From Pecten maximus (taxonomy: Eukaryota): a stretch of DNA of 64,000 nt. Location: contig NC_047016.1 of the NCBI RefSeq assembly GCF_902652985.1, positions 18,972,001-19,036,000 on the forward strand, written 5' to 3'. The notes beneath the pieces are model-generated. The model was not told where the DNA came from. It searched no databases and saw only the letters and a list, made by a program, of their open reading frames with translations. Positions 1 to 14,593 of the stretch are shown in pieces. Positions within the stretch are counted from its first letter, which is position 1, and the number at the start of each line of letters is the position of its first letter. Position numbers and translations under genes: made by a program.

Positions 1-1600
1 TCTTATTGTCACACAATCCGGTTACTGTCTTATTGTCACACAGTCCGGTTACTGTCTTATTGTCATACAATCCGGTTACTGTCTTATTGTCATACAATCC
101 GGTTACTGTCTTATTGTCACATAACCCGGTTACTGTCTTATTGTCACACAATCCGGTTACTGTCTTATTGTCACATAACCCGGTTACTGTCTTATTGTCT
201 TACAATCCGGTTACTGTCTTATTGTCACATAACCCGGTTACTGTCTTATTGTCACACAGTCCAGTTACTGTCTTATTGTCACACAATCCGGTTACTGTCT
301 TATTGTCACACAATCCGGTTACTGTCTTATTGTCACACAATCCGGTTACTGTCTTATTGTCACACAATCCGGTTACTGTCTTATTGTCACACAATCCGGT
401 TACTGTCTTATTGTCACACAATCCGGTTATTGTCTTATTGTCATACAATCCGGTTACTGTCTTATTGTCACACAATCCGGTTACTGTCTTATTGTCACAC
501 AATCCGGTTACTGTCTTATTGTCACACAATCCGGTTACTGTCTTATTGTCACATAACCCGGTTACTGTCTTATTGTCACACAATCCGGTTACTGTCTTAT
601 TGTCACACAATCCGGTTACTGTCTTATTGTCATACAATCCGGTTACTGTCTTATTGTTACACAATCCGGTTACTGTCTTATTGCCATACAATCCGGTTAC
701 TGTCTTATTGTCACACAATCCGGTTACTGTCTTATTGTCACATAACCCGGTTACTGTCTTATTGTTACACAATCCGGTTACTGTCTTATTGTCACACAAT
801 CCGGCTACTGTCTTATTGTCACACAATCCGGTTACTGTCTTATTGTTACACAATCCGGTTACTGTCTTATTGCCATACAATCCGGTTACTGTCTTATTGT
901 TACACAATCCGGTTACTGTCTTATTGTCACACAATCCGGTTACTGTCTTATTGTCACACAATCCGGTTACTGTCTTATTGTCACACAATCCGGTTACTGT
1001 CTTATTGTCACACAATCCGGTTACTGTCTTATTGTCACACAATCCGGTTATTGTCTTATTGTCATACAATCCGGTTACTGTCTTATTGTCACACAATCCG
1101 GTTCCTGTCTTATTGTTACACAATCCGGTTACTGTCTTATTGCCATACAATCCGGTTACTGTCTTATTGTCATACAATCCGGTTACTGTCTTATTGTTAC
1201 ACAATCCAGTTACTGTCTTATTGTCACACAATCCGGTTACTGTCTTATTGTCACACAATCCGGTTACTGTCTTATTGTCACACAATCCGGTTACTGTCTT
1301 ATTGTCACACAGTCCGGTTACTGTCTTATTGTTACACAATCCGGTTACTGTCTTATTGTCACACAATCCGGTTACTGTCTTATTGTCACACAATCCGGTT
1401 ACTGTCTTATTGTCACACAATCCGGTTACTGTCTTATTGTCACACAATCCGGTTACTGTCTTATTGTTACACAATCCGGTTACTGTCTTATTGTTACACA
1501 ATCCGGTCACTGTCTTATTGTCACACAATCCGCCGGTTACCGTCTTATTGTTACACAATCCGGTCACTGTCTTATTGTCAATTTGTCACACAATCCTGTT
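1..1600. repeat. 27-bp minisatellite (GTTACTGTCTTATTGTCACACAATCCG), about 59 copies, runs off the window edge
   Basis: Direct tandem periodicity; explains ORFs 6..1658, 200..1567 and 430..1602. Confidence 0.97.
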
Positions 1601-2384
1601 AGTGACTAATTGTTTTATGTCTGGTTACTGGCCTATAGTTACACATCCCGATTACTGACTAATTGTTTTATAAGTCTGATTGCTGGCGTATTGTCATATA
1701 AGCCCCGGTTACTGACTTGATGTCGGACAAGTCTGGTAAGCGAAAATCATTTTACACGAATACATTCTACCAAACAATCAACGTATTATCTGATTATCTT
1801 GCAATCCAGCCAACTCTTACTGAGAAATTCACTGTAGTGATGTAGACTGCCGGTCTAACTGGATTTTATTCAAATTTATCTTTATTTCTCTTTATTTCTC
1901 TTTTTTATTTTGAAGTCTTATCTTCACACATATCCTATTTCAATTTAGTCACTTTAAACATACTTTCCTCGTCTCTGCACAGAAATTTCACTACATCTCG
2001 GCCCACGATGCCCACGAACAAATATGCGTCGGAGAACCCTACTCAGATTGTTACCATTATGATTGACTTGACTAACGTTATACAATTTGTATACATTTGA
2101 CTCAAGAACCGCGGCAATAGTTTTAAAGAATGCTATCAATGTATCTACAAGACTCCGGTTAATGTGATTCACGTACGCTATCTAGACAAGTTCTTATCAC
2201 GTTTATAACATACCGGAATCAGGCTAGGAGATCGCCAGGTTTAATGAGTTTTTACGATATATCGGTCGTCTGACTACTCCAGTTGTATGGAGTGCTGCAC
2301 CCAGTTGATGCAAATGAGTCGCGTGGAAGTAGCAAATTCAGTTACTTATATCATACTTCAGTCGCTCATTTATCGGTACATATG

Positions 2385-3653
2385 CCGTACAAATTGTATA
2401 TAACTCCTGTCATACGTCATACACATTGTATATAACTCCTGTCATACGCCATACAAACTGTACATAACTCCTGTCATACGGCCATACAAATTGTACTAAA
2501 CTGTCCTGTCATACGTCATACAAACTGTACTTAACTGTCCTGTCATACGGCCATACAAATTGTACTAAACTGTCCTGTCATACGTCATACAAACTGTACA
2601 TAACTCCTGTCATACGTCATACAAACTGTACTAAATTGTCCTGTCATACGTCATACAAACTGTACTTAACTGTCCCGGTTATACGTCATACAAACTGTAC
2701 TAAACTGTCCTGTCATACATCATACAAACTGTACTAAACTGTCCTGTCATACATCATACAAACTGTACTAAATTGTCCTGTCATACGTCATACAAACTGT
2801 ACTTAACTGTCCCGGTTATACGTCATACAAACTGTACTAAACTGTCCTGTCATACGGCCATACAAACTGTACTTAACTGTCATGTCATACGGCCATACAA
2901 ACTGTACTTAACTGTCCTGTCATACGTCATACAAATTGTACTAAACTGTCCTGTCATACGTCATACAAGTGTACTAAACTGTCTTGTCATACGTCATACA
3001 AACTGTACATAACTCCTGTCATACGTCATACAAACTGTACTAAACTGTCCTGTCATACGTCATACAAACTGTACTAAACTGTCCTGTCATACGGCCATAC
3101 AAACTGTACATAACTCCTGTAATACGTCATACAAACTGTACTAAACTGTCCTGTCATACGTCATACAAGTGTACTAAACTGTCCTGTCATACGTCATACA
3201 AACTGTACATAACTCCTGTCATACTTCATACAAGTGTACTAAACTGTCTTGTCATACATCATACAAGTGTAATAAACTGTCCTGTCATACGGCCATACAA
3301 ACTGTACATAGCTCCTGTCATACGTCATACAAGTGTACTAAACTGTCCTGTCATACATCATACAAACTGTACTAAACTGTCCTGTCATACGGCCATACAA
3401 ACTGTACATAACTCCTGTCATACGTCATATAAGTGTACTAAACTGTCCTGTCATACGTCATACAAGTGTACTAAACTGTCCTGTCATACGTCATACAAGT
3501 GTACTAAACTGTCCTGTCATACATCATACAAGTGTACTAAACTGTCCTGTCATACGGCCATACAAACTGTACATAACTCCTGTCATACGTCATACAAACT
3601 GTACTTAAACTGTCCTGTCATACGTCATACAAATTGTACACAACTGTCCTGTC
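2385..3653. repeat. 32-35-bp minisatellite (CCTGTCATACGTCATACAAACTGTACTAAACTGT) in a TRIM45-like intron
   Basis: Tandem periodicity, about 37 copies, starting about 25 bp from the exon donor at 3678. Confidence 0.95.
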
Positions 3654-3678
3654 AAAGTGAAGCTTCATATAGTCATAC

Positions 3679-6600
3679 CTTTGTCCGTTCATACCACATC
3701 TCACCCAAGCACAGAGTCCCGGGGGGTCGGGGAAAGGTGTGTCCTCTATATCCCGCATTGTTAAGGCCACAGTGGTGGGAATGTCGACTTGAGCGGCAGT
3801 TAAGTCTGTAAACATTGATGGCAAATTCATTATAAATGATGGTATCGAAAAAGATCTATATACATGTATGTATGTGTTTATTTATTTTAAGGGGTTTTGA
3901 CGTCTTCCCAAAAGCTAGGGTCAAATAAACTCTACGAGAGAAGAAAACAAATCACATGAGTCTACACGTGAGAGTACTGACAAAATGCGTGATCACCTCA
4001 GGTTTCTAAAAGTAAAAGTACTGGCACGACTTAATTTAGAACTTCCGGTATCTGCACGTATCTATACCGATACGACGTGTGTAGAACTTCCGGTGTCTAC
4101 ACCTAACAATACTGTAGTAACACGATGTGTGTAGAACTTCCGGTGTCTACACCTAACAATACTGTAGCAACATGGCGTGTGAGAACTTCCGGTGTCTACA
4201 CCTAACAATACTGTAGTATCACGATGTGTGTAGAACTTCCGGTGTCTACAACTAACAATACTGTAGTAACACGACGTGTGTAGAACTTCCGGTGTCTACA
4301 CCTAACAATACTGTAGTAACACGACGTGTGTAGAACTTCCGGTGTCTACACCTAACAATACTGTAGTAACACGATGTGTGTAGAACTTCCGGTGTCTACA
4401 CCTAACAATACTGTAGCAACATGGCGTGTGAGAACTTCCGGTGTCTACACCTAACAATACTGTAGTAACACGACGTGTGTAGAACTTCCGGTGTCTACAC
4501 CTAACAATACTGTAGTAACACGACGCGTGTAGAGCTTCCGTTGTTTAAATGTAACTGTATGAACGTGTGTAGAACGTCCGGTATCTACACTTAACTGCGA
4601 TGACAAGTGAGCTTCCGGTATATACACGTAAAGTTTCTGACACGGCGTGTGTAGAACTTCCAATATAAACAAGTAACTGAACTGACGAGACGTGTTTAAA
4701 CTTTTGTTAAAGTTTCTCTGTGCACACCAAGAAAATGTGTTGACTATTACTAAGGTGCTTCCACATGTAAATGATACTAATGAGAATCGCAAAATGCAAT
4801 GACACCTTCCGGTGTCTGTAGTGTGTTGTTTGTGGTCCAAAGGGTTGGGCTGGTGGAGTAAGGATGTGTGGATGTGAGAGGGATATAGGGGTGCGTGTCA
4901 GGGTTATCTGCCTAGGACTGTGGAACAGGATTGTTTTCACGGTTATTGTAACTGATTATAGAAACGTAGTAGCCAGTCGATGTAAATCATTATGGGGATC
5001 AGCCATCATTACAAGAATGAGAACAGCACGTGATTGATGAGTTACACAGATCACGTGCGATCAGAGCACGTGCGGCCAACTAACGAGGTACACAGGTTCC
5101 GGAACAGATTTGTACAATAGCAACGTAATTATTCGAAAAAGCCAATTCACCCTCCCTAATGACACGTCCCGGTAGTTATCCAGTTAAATTTGGACGTGGA
5201 TGGGGAGTACCAACTGTTTACTTTAACATTTAAATTCCTCTATTGGACCAAAGCTAAGTACGGAGGCTAAAAGCCAGTCAAGGCCTGACAAGGCATAAGG
5301 AACAAAGAGGTAACTATTGAAAATAAAGATATAAAACGGTGCAATAAGTGCAGCGGATTTTCGACAATTTCGAGATATCTTGTACTGGTAACAATAAAAT
5401 GCCTGATTCTGCAGGCGTTTGCTTTTCACGGTGTCTGTCGTGGTGCAGCGACGTAATGGTAGCGGACTGTGCCCAGTAGCATCGCTCGTGGTATGTAGAA
5501 CCGTATAAACAGTGATAAACGAGCCGGCTCTAGTAATTATTCGTGCTATTTGTTTACGGGTTAGAGGAGATTAATCGGATCATTCATCATGGTAAATCTC
5601 GCGGAAAATTTCGCTCATCAAAGCGCCGAACACTACTGCTTGTTATATCGATAAAGATAAAGAAATAGTCGTTAAGTGAAAAAAACTAAGCTTACCAAGG
5701 GCATATGAGACGATAGCTTACCTTGCGTGGTCACGTGGCATTTATTGGGACACACTTGTGATCCCCGAACACTTCCAAACATTTGGAAGTTATCAAAAAC
5801 TTCTGCTTTTATTTCTGGACAAAACGTAAATGTTGTTTCCACGGGAATGCACTCCTTGGACGAAATGTCCATCAGCTTGTTTAATCTCAGTGATACAGTT
5901 GTCTCCAATGCGGCAATTTCACCTTCGGTACCGTACACAGACAAATCGTCCGCGATGCTGCAGCCATTCTCAAAGCTGCTAAGCAACCGACACAGATTCT
6001 CCTCGTGTAGTTGTAACTTCGTCTCTTTTGACTTTAGAATATTACCGACTTGTTTTAACAGGGACTTCCGGTGAAGTTCCACAGCACTGACGAAAGAATC
6101 TATAAACGTGTCTATCTCTTTGGTAATTGTATGCGCATTGTCGTGAAGTTCTTTTCTTGTTGACGGAATATCGTCAATACATTTTTGGATATAGTCTCTT
6201 TTATGATTGGCATCTTGCACGAGTTGGTGTAATGTCATGACGTCATATGAAGTGCCTGAACTGTCGTCTGCTTGGCGTTCTGTAATTCCCGTGGTAGATA
6301 TACCCACCAAACGGTGATGCTTCGTTCTCCTCTGACGTTTGTGAGAATCGGAGCAAAGCTGACACAAGTCACTCGCGCAGTCGACACACGTAACCACGGC
6401 AACTGCGCGCTCCTCCTCGCAACAAAATCCACATAACACCAGTTTACGAATTTCCCCTTTTATCCCTTTAACACTTTTAGTTTTAACAGATACCAGCGTG
6501 TTAGGTGGTAAGTTATCAATGTCTGTAAACGCTTCCACGTTTTCCGCACATACAGGACAGTGTAACAGAAGCTGTTCCCCTGGGCCATCGGGACTACGTA

Positions 6601-7105
6601 GGGTATATATACAGTGTAGACAGGCCGAGTGGAGGCAGGGTAGTACCCGTGGGTCCTTGTAACTGTCCCCACATACGGGACATGCAGTGTCCACATCACC
6701 AGCCAGCGTTACTTCCTCCCGTAGACACACAGTTTCAAGGTGCCCATTCTCAGTACGTCGATCGGAACCAGTATGATTTGTAACCATGGTATAACACGAG
6801 GATGTGTTCTTTGGATTCCCAGTTGGATTGATTTTCTCACTCGACTGTTTTGTGACAGGTGACAATGTTAACGTAATAGCACTCTTTACTGTTTTAGTGA
6901 TCACCTCCTCACCATCTACACCGCACACGTTATCATTAGTCTCCGGGCTGTCGTCGACCTTTGTGGAATTTATTTTTGAGCCTTCTGTCATTTTAACAGC
7001 CGTATCTGCTGTTACCTGTCCAGATTCGTGTGTTACGTCATCATCAAGTCGTAGCTCAGCCACACACTCATCAATAAAATCCATACTTTTCTTTCTCTCT
7101 TCCAT
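3679..7105 (-). CDS. TRIM45: TRIM45-like tripartite motif E3 ligase (RING, B-box, coiled coil, start of filamin repeat); 3'-partial
   Basis: Coding exon 7105-5722 holds a RING (CPVC..PCLHSACLHC..CPVC), a B-box (CGFC..CVDC..LCQLCSDSHKRQRRTKHH) and a coiled coil, ending at donor G|GTAAGC. Exon 3805-3679 (TTTACAG|AC..AG|GTATGA) joins in phase to give VCPNKCHVTTQ-DLTAAQVDIPTTVALTMRD, resembling the TRIM45 filamin-repeat start. An in-frame TAA lies upstream of ATG 7105. Remaining exons were not found in the window. Orthology is judged from domain order only. Confidence 0.8.
4038..4662. repeat. 50-bp minisatellite with internal hairpin and ACTTCCGG motif
   Basis: Unit GTAGAACTTCCGGTGTCTACACCTAACAATACTGTAGTAACACGATGTGT, about 9 good copies plus degenerate flanking copies. 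Confidence 0.93.
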
Positions 7106-7494
7106 GTCAGTTTCATTTACACTCAATTGATATGGAGCTTTTTACACTACTTCGAGTCTCCACATGACTGTCCCGTTGACCCTAGTAGTACCCATTCATC
7201 GTATTAATGTCGTGTGTAGCCTCTAAATGAAGATTCTACCCACTCATCACAATATCGTCGTGTGGAATCTTCAGAGAGATTATTCTTCAAAACACAATAG
7301 CTGTATGGCCATTATATTGGCCTGGATCGTTTTCGATTGGCCCGTACAGAACTCCGTACTGAGCCGTAGGGAGTTGTGACTACTAATGAACGTTAACTTT
7401 AGGCATTGATCCGACTGTTAGGACTGTTATCAGTAAACTCTGTAAACTCGACACCCGTGCAGTCCACTCTAGTCAGCCTCGCACGTGTACGTAC

Positions 7495-7770
7495 CTCGAG
7501 CAACAGGTATCGACACCATTCCACCTGTACCGCGCCTCAAATCACACATCAAGCACCACACTGCCGGGATCTCCCTCCCAGAAACACTAGCTATAGGTAT
7601 AATCATCAGTGCCACGACGCCAGAACACACATATTCCTCAGCTACCGCCTCAGTGCCGGTGTGTTTACCCCGGGCCAATATTTACATTGTGACCATAGCC
7701 CATGACAGAGTCAAAGGTCAAATGATACACTTCTCCTTTCACCGACGACCTTTGTGATTCCCTTAGAGCC
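7495..7770 (-). other. Probable non-coding 5' UTR exon of the TRIM45-like gene
   Basis: Strong acceptor CTCTCCTCCCCTGCAG at 7771 and donor GAG|GTACGT at 7494; downstream acceptor CTTCATTTAG near 7223; no long ORF. Confidence 0.4.
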
Positions 7771-8249
7771 CTGCAGGGGAGGAGAGAACACACGGGCCGT
7801 GACATATCTGACACTTCACAATGCATAAGTACAGAGATAATATAGATTTACGCTGACTACATTAACTGCCTACTGAAATAATGTACATCAATAAAGCGGC
7901 TGGCACGCTCGACACAGAAGGATATCATTATATAGTGTTCGATATACTTCTAATTTCAAACTCAGCAATAAGTTTACATGGATCATTTGTGTGGACGGGC
8001 CCAATATTAAGATAAGCCCATTCAAGTGTCTGGAATGTGTACATATGTGCTTTAGACAGCGTTTAGCATACCAAAACAGTCTGCTAATCTGGGAAAACCA
8101 TAAAGAAAAGAGTCATAAAATTTCTTTTGACGAAGTGTAACTTCATAGCATTGGAGCCACACGAAACGTAAAGCTGGCAACATGGGACCACACGCATATC
8201 TATACGGTTATTAGTAAAACTAATATCAACTGAAGTATCACAAGTGTGC

Positions 8250-11200
8250 ACCCCACAGTACCACCAGTATGAATACCCCACAGTACCACCAGTATGAATA
8301 CCCCACAGTACCACCAGTATGAATACATACGGTACAGTATGTTATATATACCCCACAATACCACCAGTGTGAATACATACGGTACAGTATATTATATATA
8401 CCCCACAGTACCACCAGTGCGAGTACATACGGTACAGTATATTATATATACCCCACAGTACCACCAGTATGAATACATACGGTACAGTATGTTATATATA
8501 CCCCACAGTACCACCAGTGTGAATACATACGGTACAGTATGTTATATATACACCACAGTAACACCTGTGTGAATACATACGGTACAGTATGTTATATACA
8601 CCACAGTACCACCTGTGTGAATACATACGGTACAGTATGTTATATATACACCACAGTAACACCTGTGTGAATACATACGGTACAGTATGTTATATACACC
8701 ACAGTACCACCAGTGTGAATACATACGGTACAGTATGTTATATATACACCACAGTACCACCAGTGTGAATACATACGGTACAGTATGTTATATATACACC
8801 ACAGTAACACCAGTATGAATACATACGGTACAGTATGTTATATATACACCACAGTACCACCTGTGTGAATACATACGGTACAGTATGTTATATATACACC
8901 ACAGTAACACCTGTGTGAATACATACGGTACAGTATGTTATATACACCACAGTACCACCAGTGTGAATACATACGGTACAGTATGTTATTTATACCCTAG
9001 AGTACCACAAGTGTGAATATATACGGTACAGTATGTTATTTATACCCAAGAGTACCACCAGTGTGAATACATACGGTACAGTATGTTATATATACCCCAC
9101 AATACCACCAGTATGAATATATACGGTACAGTATATCATATATATACACCACAGTACCACCAGTGTGAATACATAGGTAGAGTATATTACATATACCCCA
9201 TAATCCACCTGTGTGAATACATACGGTACAGTATATTATATATATCCTAGAGTACCACCAGTGTGAATACATACGGTACAGTATATTATATATATCCTAG
9301 AGTACCACCAGTGTGAATACATACGGTACAGTATATTATATATACCCCACAGTAACACCAGTGTGAATACATACGGTACAGTATGTTATATATACCCCAC
9401 AGTAACACCAGTGTGAATACATACGGTACAATATGTTATTTATACCCCACAATACCAGCAGTGTGAATACATACGGTACAGTATGTTATATATACACCAC
9501 AGTACCACCAGTGTGAATACATACGGTACAGTACCACCAGTGTGAATACATACGGTACAGTATATTATATATACCCCACAGTAACACCAGTGTGAATACA
9601 TACGGTACAGTATGTTATATATACCCCACAGTAACACCAGTGTGAATACATACGGTACAGTATGTTATTTATACCCCACAATACCAGCAGTGTGAATACA
9701 TATGGTACAGTATGTTATATATACACCACAGTAACACCAGTGTGAATACATACGGTACAGTATATTATATTTACCCCACAGTACCACCAGTATGAATACA
9801 TACGGTACAGTATATTATATTTACCCTAGAGTACCACCAGTGTGAATACATACGGTACAGTATGTTATATATATACCCCACAGTACCACCAGTGTGAATA
9901 CATACCGTACAGTATATTATATATACCCCACACTACCACCAGTGTGAATACATACGGTACAGTATATTATATATACCCCATGGTACCACCAGTGTGAATA
10001 CATACGGTACAGTATGTTATATATATATACACCACAGTACCACCAGTGTGAATATATACGGTACAGTATATCATATATATACACCACAGTACCACCAGTG
10101 TGAATACATACGGTACAGTATATTATATTTACCCCACAGTACCACCAGTATGAATACATACGGTACAGTATATTATATATACACCACAGTAACACCAGTG
10201 TGAATACATACGGTACAGTATATTATATATACCCCACAGTACCACCAGTATGAATACATACGGTACAGTATGTTATATATACCCCACAGTACCACCAGTG
10301 TGAATACATACGGTACAGTATGTTATATATACACCACAGTAACACCTGTGTGAATACATACGGTACAGTATGTTATATATACCCCAGAGTACCACCAGTG
10401 TGAATACATACGGTACAGTATGTTATATATACCCCAGAGTACCACCAGTGTGAATACATACGGTACAGTATATTATATATACACCACAGTACCACCTGTG
10501 TGAATACATACGGTACAGTATGTTATATATACACCACAGTAACACCTGTGTGAATACCTACGGTACAGTATGTTATATACACCACAGTACCACCAGTGTG
10601 AATACATACGGTACAGTATGTTATTTATACCCTAGAGTACCACAAGTGTGAATATATACGGTACAGTATGTTATTTATACCCTAGAGTACCACCAGTGTG
10701 AATACATACGGTACAGTATGTTATATATACCTCACAGTACCACCAGTGTGAATACATACGGTACAGTATGTTATATATACCCCACAATACCACCAGTATG
10801 AATATATACGGTACAGTATATCATATATATACACCACAGTACCACCAGTGTGAATACATAGGTAGAGTATATTACATATACCCCATAATCCACCTGTGTG
10901 AATACATACGGTACAGTATATTATATATATCCTAGAGTACCACCAGTGTGAATACATACGGTACAGTATATTATATATATCCTAGAGTACCACCAGTGTG
11001 AATACATACGGTACAGTATATCATATATACCCCACAGTAACACCAGTGTGAATACATACGGTACAGTATGTTATATATACCCCACAGTAACACCAGTGTG
11101 AATACATACGGTACAGTATGTTATTTATACCCCACAGTACCACCAGTGTGAATACATACGGTGCAGTAAATTACATATACCCCACATAGCCACCAGTGTG

Positions 11201-11895
11201 CCAACAGTACCACCTGTGTGAATACATACGGAACAGTATATTATTAATACACCAGCGAACCACAAGTGAAATAAATACGGTATAGTATGTTATTTATATA
11301 CGGTACAGTATATTATATATACCCCTCAGTATCACAAGGTTGAATACATACGGTACAGAATTGTTATTTATACCCTAAAGTATCACGAGGTTGTATACAT
11401 ACCGTACAGTATGTTATTTATACCCCACAGTACCACCAGAGTCAATACATAAGGTACAGTATGTTATTTATACCCTAGAGTACCACCAGTGTGAATACAT
11501 ACCGTACAGTATGTTATTTATACCCCACAGTACCACCAGAGTCAATACATAAGGTACAGTATGTTATTTATACCCTAGAGTACCACAAATGTGAATACAT
11601 ACGGTACAGTATGTTATTTATACCCTAAAGCACCACCAGTGTGAATACATATGGTACAGTATGTTATTTATACCCTAAAGCACCACCAGTATGAATACAT
11701 AAGGTACAGTATGTTATATATACCCCACAGTACCACCAGTGTGAATACATATGGTACAGTATGTTATATATACCCCCCAGTATCACAAGGTTGAATACAT
11801 ATGGTACAGTATGTTATATATACCCCCCAGTATCACAAGGTTGAATACATATGGTACAGTATGTTATTTATACCCTAGAGTACCACAAGTGTGAA
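8250..11895. repeat. 50-bp minisatellite (CCCCACAGTACCACCAGTGTGAATACATACGGTACAGTATGTTATATATA), about 72 copies
   Basis: Tandem periodicity. Confidence 0.97.
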
Positions 11896-13619
11896 TTCAC
11901 AAGTTGTCAATAAAATTTAATAATAACTAGCTGGACGAGCCTGCGGTACACTAACAGGCGTCTTTCTCACCATCGCCTATGATTCCGGAAATAGCGGGTT
12001 ATTTATATTTCAACAGACATTTGAAATACAAGCATCAGATGTTGGTTCTATTATTAGACAAATTGGCACAAATAAGAACTACGTTTACGTGTGTTACTTT
12101 TACCGAGGCCAGCAATATAACCATGTATCATTTCGGGGAGTTTGACAGAGTGATCCGGGTTGTTGTATTGTACTACGACTAGAATACAACAATATGCGTT
12201 GGATGTCGGTATTGGTATCCCGTGGTAGCTATAATATATAGTTCGTAGGTTAACAATATTGGTACTGTGAACATGACGGACCCCGGTGATGTTCTGGGCG
12301 TGGTCACATTGTGGTAGATGTAGGTAGTCCCCGACACCCTGTTACAAGTATTGCAATAATGACAACATGTATTTGTATAGAATATATATAAATTCTTAGG
12401 TGTCATGATGTAAACGTTCGTACTATATATGTTGCTTATACAGTACTGTATTCAGTTTTAAAGGTAATGCTGTATAGTTTAAGTACCGTAGTATGGTCAG
12501 TGAGTAGCGTGAGTATCAAAGATATATATTGCAAGGGAGTTATCAAAACAATTTTGGATACCATAAGTTTATAAACAGGCTCAATAAGAACTTTTATTAA
12601 AACATTGGTGACAGAAGTGAGATACCTGTAAGACCTTTAATCCTACTTGGCGCCGATTAACATAAAACAACATACAGCGCCAATCAACATAAGATAGCAT
12701 ATGTAGAAGGATAGCTGAAGTGTCACAAAAATGTGATGAAACCGTTAATCAGGCTCAACGTCGATAAAACGCGGACAATGACAGACTCCTATACAGGCCA
12801 TTGAGATGATACAAAATGAACAAGACCATGCGTTTCGGAAGAGTAAGCATATTCTGCCTCAACGACACCTGCCATGTAATCTTACGTCAAATATCGGCAA
12901 TGTCACGTCCTCATATTTAGAACAAGGGAAGCGACATCATCGGGACTCAATATCAAAGAGCATCAAACAAGTTCATATCGCACAATGTCAATCATCAAAC
13001 GTTCCCATAGGTCTCATCAACTTCCATTTTATGAAAACCTCTGGGTTCTGGTTAGCTGTCGATGAAGAAGCCCTAAAATGTCGAAATGTTGGGAAACAAG
13101 ATTACTATCTGGTAATGAAGAGTATTGACGTGACCATTATTTAAGTTCTTTAGAGATTATCCTGTCGACATTGTTAACTATATTGTTCAATATAATAAAG
13201 ATAGTTTGACTAAATTCTCTCAAAATTAAAAGAACACAGACACGCGGAATTGAGTATGGTAGTGTACAGTGTTCTGGTAGCGATTCCAGATTCCAGATTG
13301 GTCAAAAGCCCCGTTGGGATTCTTCAGGGTTCAAACAATTCATTTAACTTCTGTGTGGTATACACCATGAAAATACTGCCCTAACGTTTTACTGAGCAAC
13401 CACTCAAGTCAACTTCTTATCAAGTATATGATCGGATATAAAAGGTGTTAGTGCATATTGGAACAATGAAGAATGGTTAGTAAATTAAATAGGTCGTATA
13501 CTTGGATTTGATGTTTTGTCTGCAGAAATAGCCGTGTATCTGTCTAGGACTGAATCAGTACCTACCATACCGACCATTAATGTGGCCTTGAGATTTAAGT
13601 CAAAGGAAGAAGACATGTC

Positions 13620-14593
13620 TAGCTCACCTGGACCAAAGGTCCGGTGAGCTTATGCCATGGCGCGGCGTCCGTCAACATTTGCTCCAAATCGCTAATTGTC
13701 ATAAAATGCATAGCGGATTTTAACCAAATTTGGTCAGAAATATCCTTGGGGGAAGGGAAACAGATTTTGTATAAATGACGATTCTGACCCCCAAGGGGCC
13801 AGAGGGGCGGGGCTCAATAGGGGAAATAGAGGTAATTCCTTTAAATCGCTACTTGTCAGTAAGTTATGAATGGATTTGAACCAAATTTAATCAGAAACAT
13901 CCTTGGGGAAAGAGGAACAGATTTTGCATAAATGGTGACTCTGACACCTAAGGGGCCAAATAGAGGTAATTCCTTTATATCGCTACTTTAGTCAGTAAGT
14001 TATGAATGGATTTGAACCCAATTTAGTCAGAAACATCCCTGGGGGAAAGGGAACAGACTTTGCATAAATGGTGACTATTATCTCCACCAAGGGGCTAAAT
14101 GGGCTGGGCCATAGGGAAAATAGAGGTCATTCCTTTAAATGGCTACTTGTCATAAAGTTATGAATGGAATTGAACCCAATTTCGTCAGAATCATCCTTGA
14201 GGAAAGGGGAACAGATTTTGCATAAATAGTTGCTGTGACTCTCCATCATCCCATTATCATGTATAGCATCACTGGATGTTAAGGGATAAACACAATTCTG
14301 ATGTAAAAATAGGTCCAAGGGTCTTTTCCTAAGGGACTTGATTAACAATCCTTGAGGTCTTTCAGACCTTTAGAAAAAAAACTGGACTTCCTTATTTCTT
14401 TAAAGCAGTTGGGATCCCCACACTACAACCAGTCAAGCATTGTTCGAGATTCACAAATAAAGCTATGTATTAACAGAGACATATATACAGATCTATATAT
14501 GTCTCTGGTATTAACGAATTGAATATGAACATCATATTGACCTTTGGTCAAATCCAACCAGGTGAGCGATACAGGCACCATGGGCCTCTTGTT
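13620..14593 (+). mobile_element. Non-autonomous Helentron-type element (HINE-like), family A, 3-4 internal ~157-bp repeats
   Basis: 5' TAGCTCACCTGGACCAAAGGTCCGGTGAGCT hairpin, short GTCC tract, internal tandem repeats, 3' subterminal GGTGAGCG and AGGCACCATGGGCCTCTTGTT hairpin. Homologous to 56504-58900 in the opposite orientation. Confidence 0.85.

Noticed and set aside
6-1658. 550/455/390-aa repetitive ORFs
   Set aside because: They are translations of a 27-bp minisatellite that is open in several frames on both strands, probably inside a TRIM45-like intron.
1964-2039. Possible next TRIM45-like exon (TAG..GTATGT, phase-compatible)
   Set aside because: Weak acceptor, and the translation does not resemble the expected second half of the filamin repeat (no DGTY-like motif).
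12714-13095. Hammerhead-like motif CTGAAGT-stem-GAAAC and possible Penelope-like remnant
   Set aside because: The core deviates from CUGANGA and stem I cannot form; no recognisable reading frame supports the element call.
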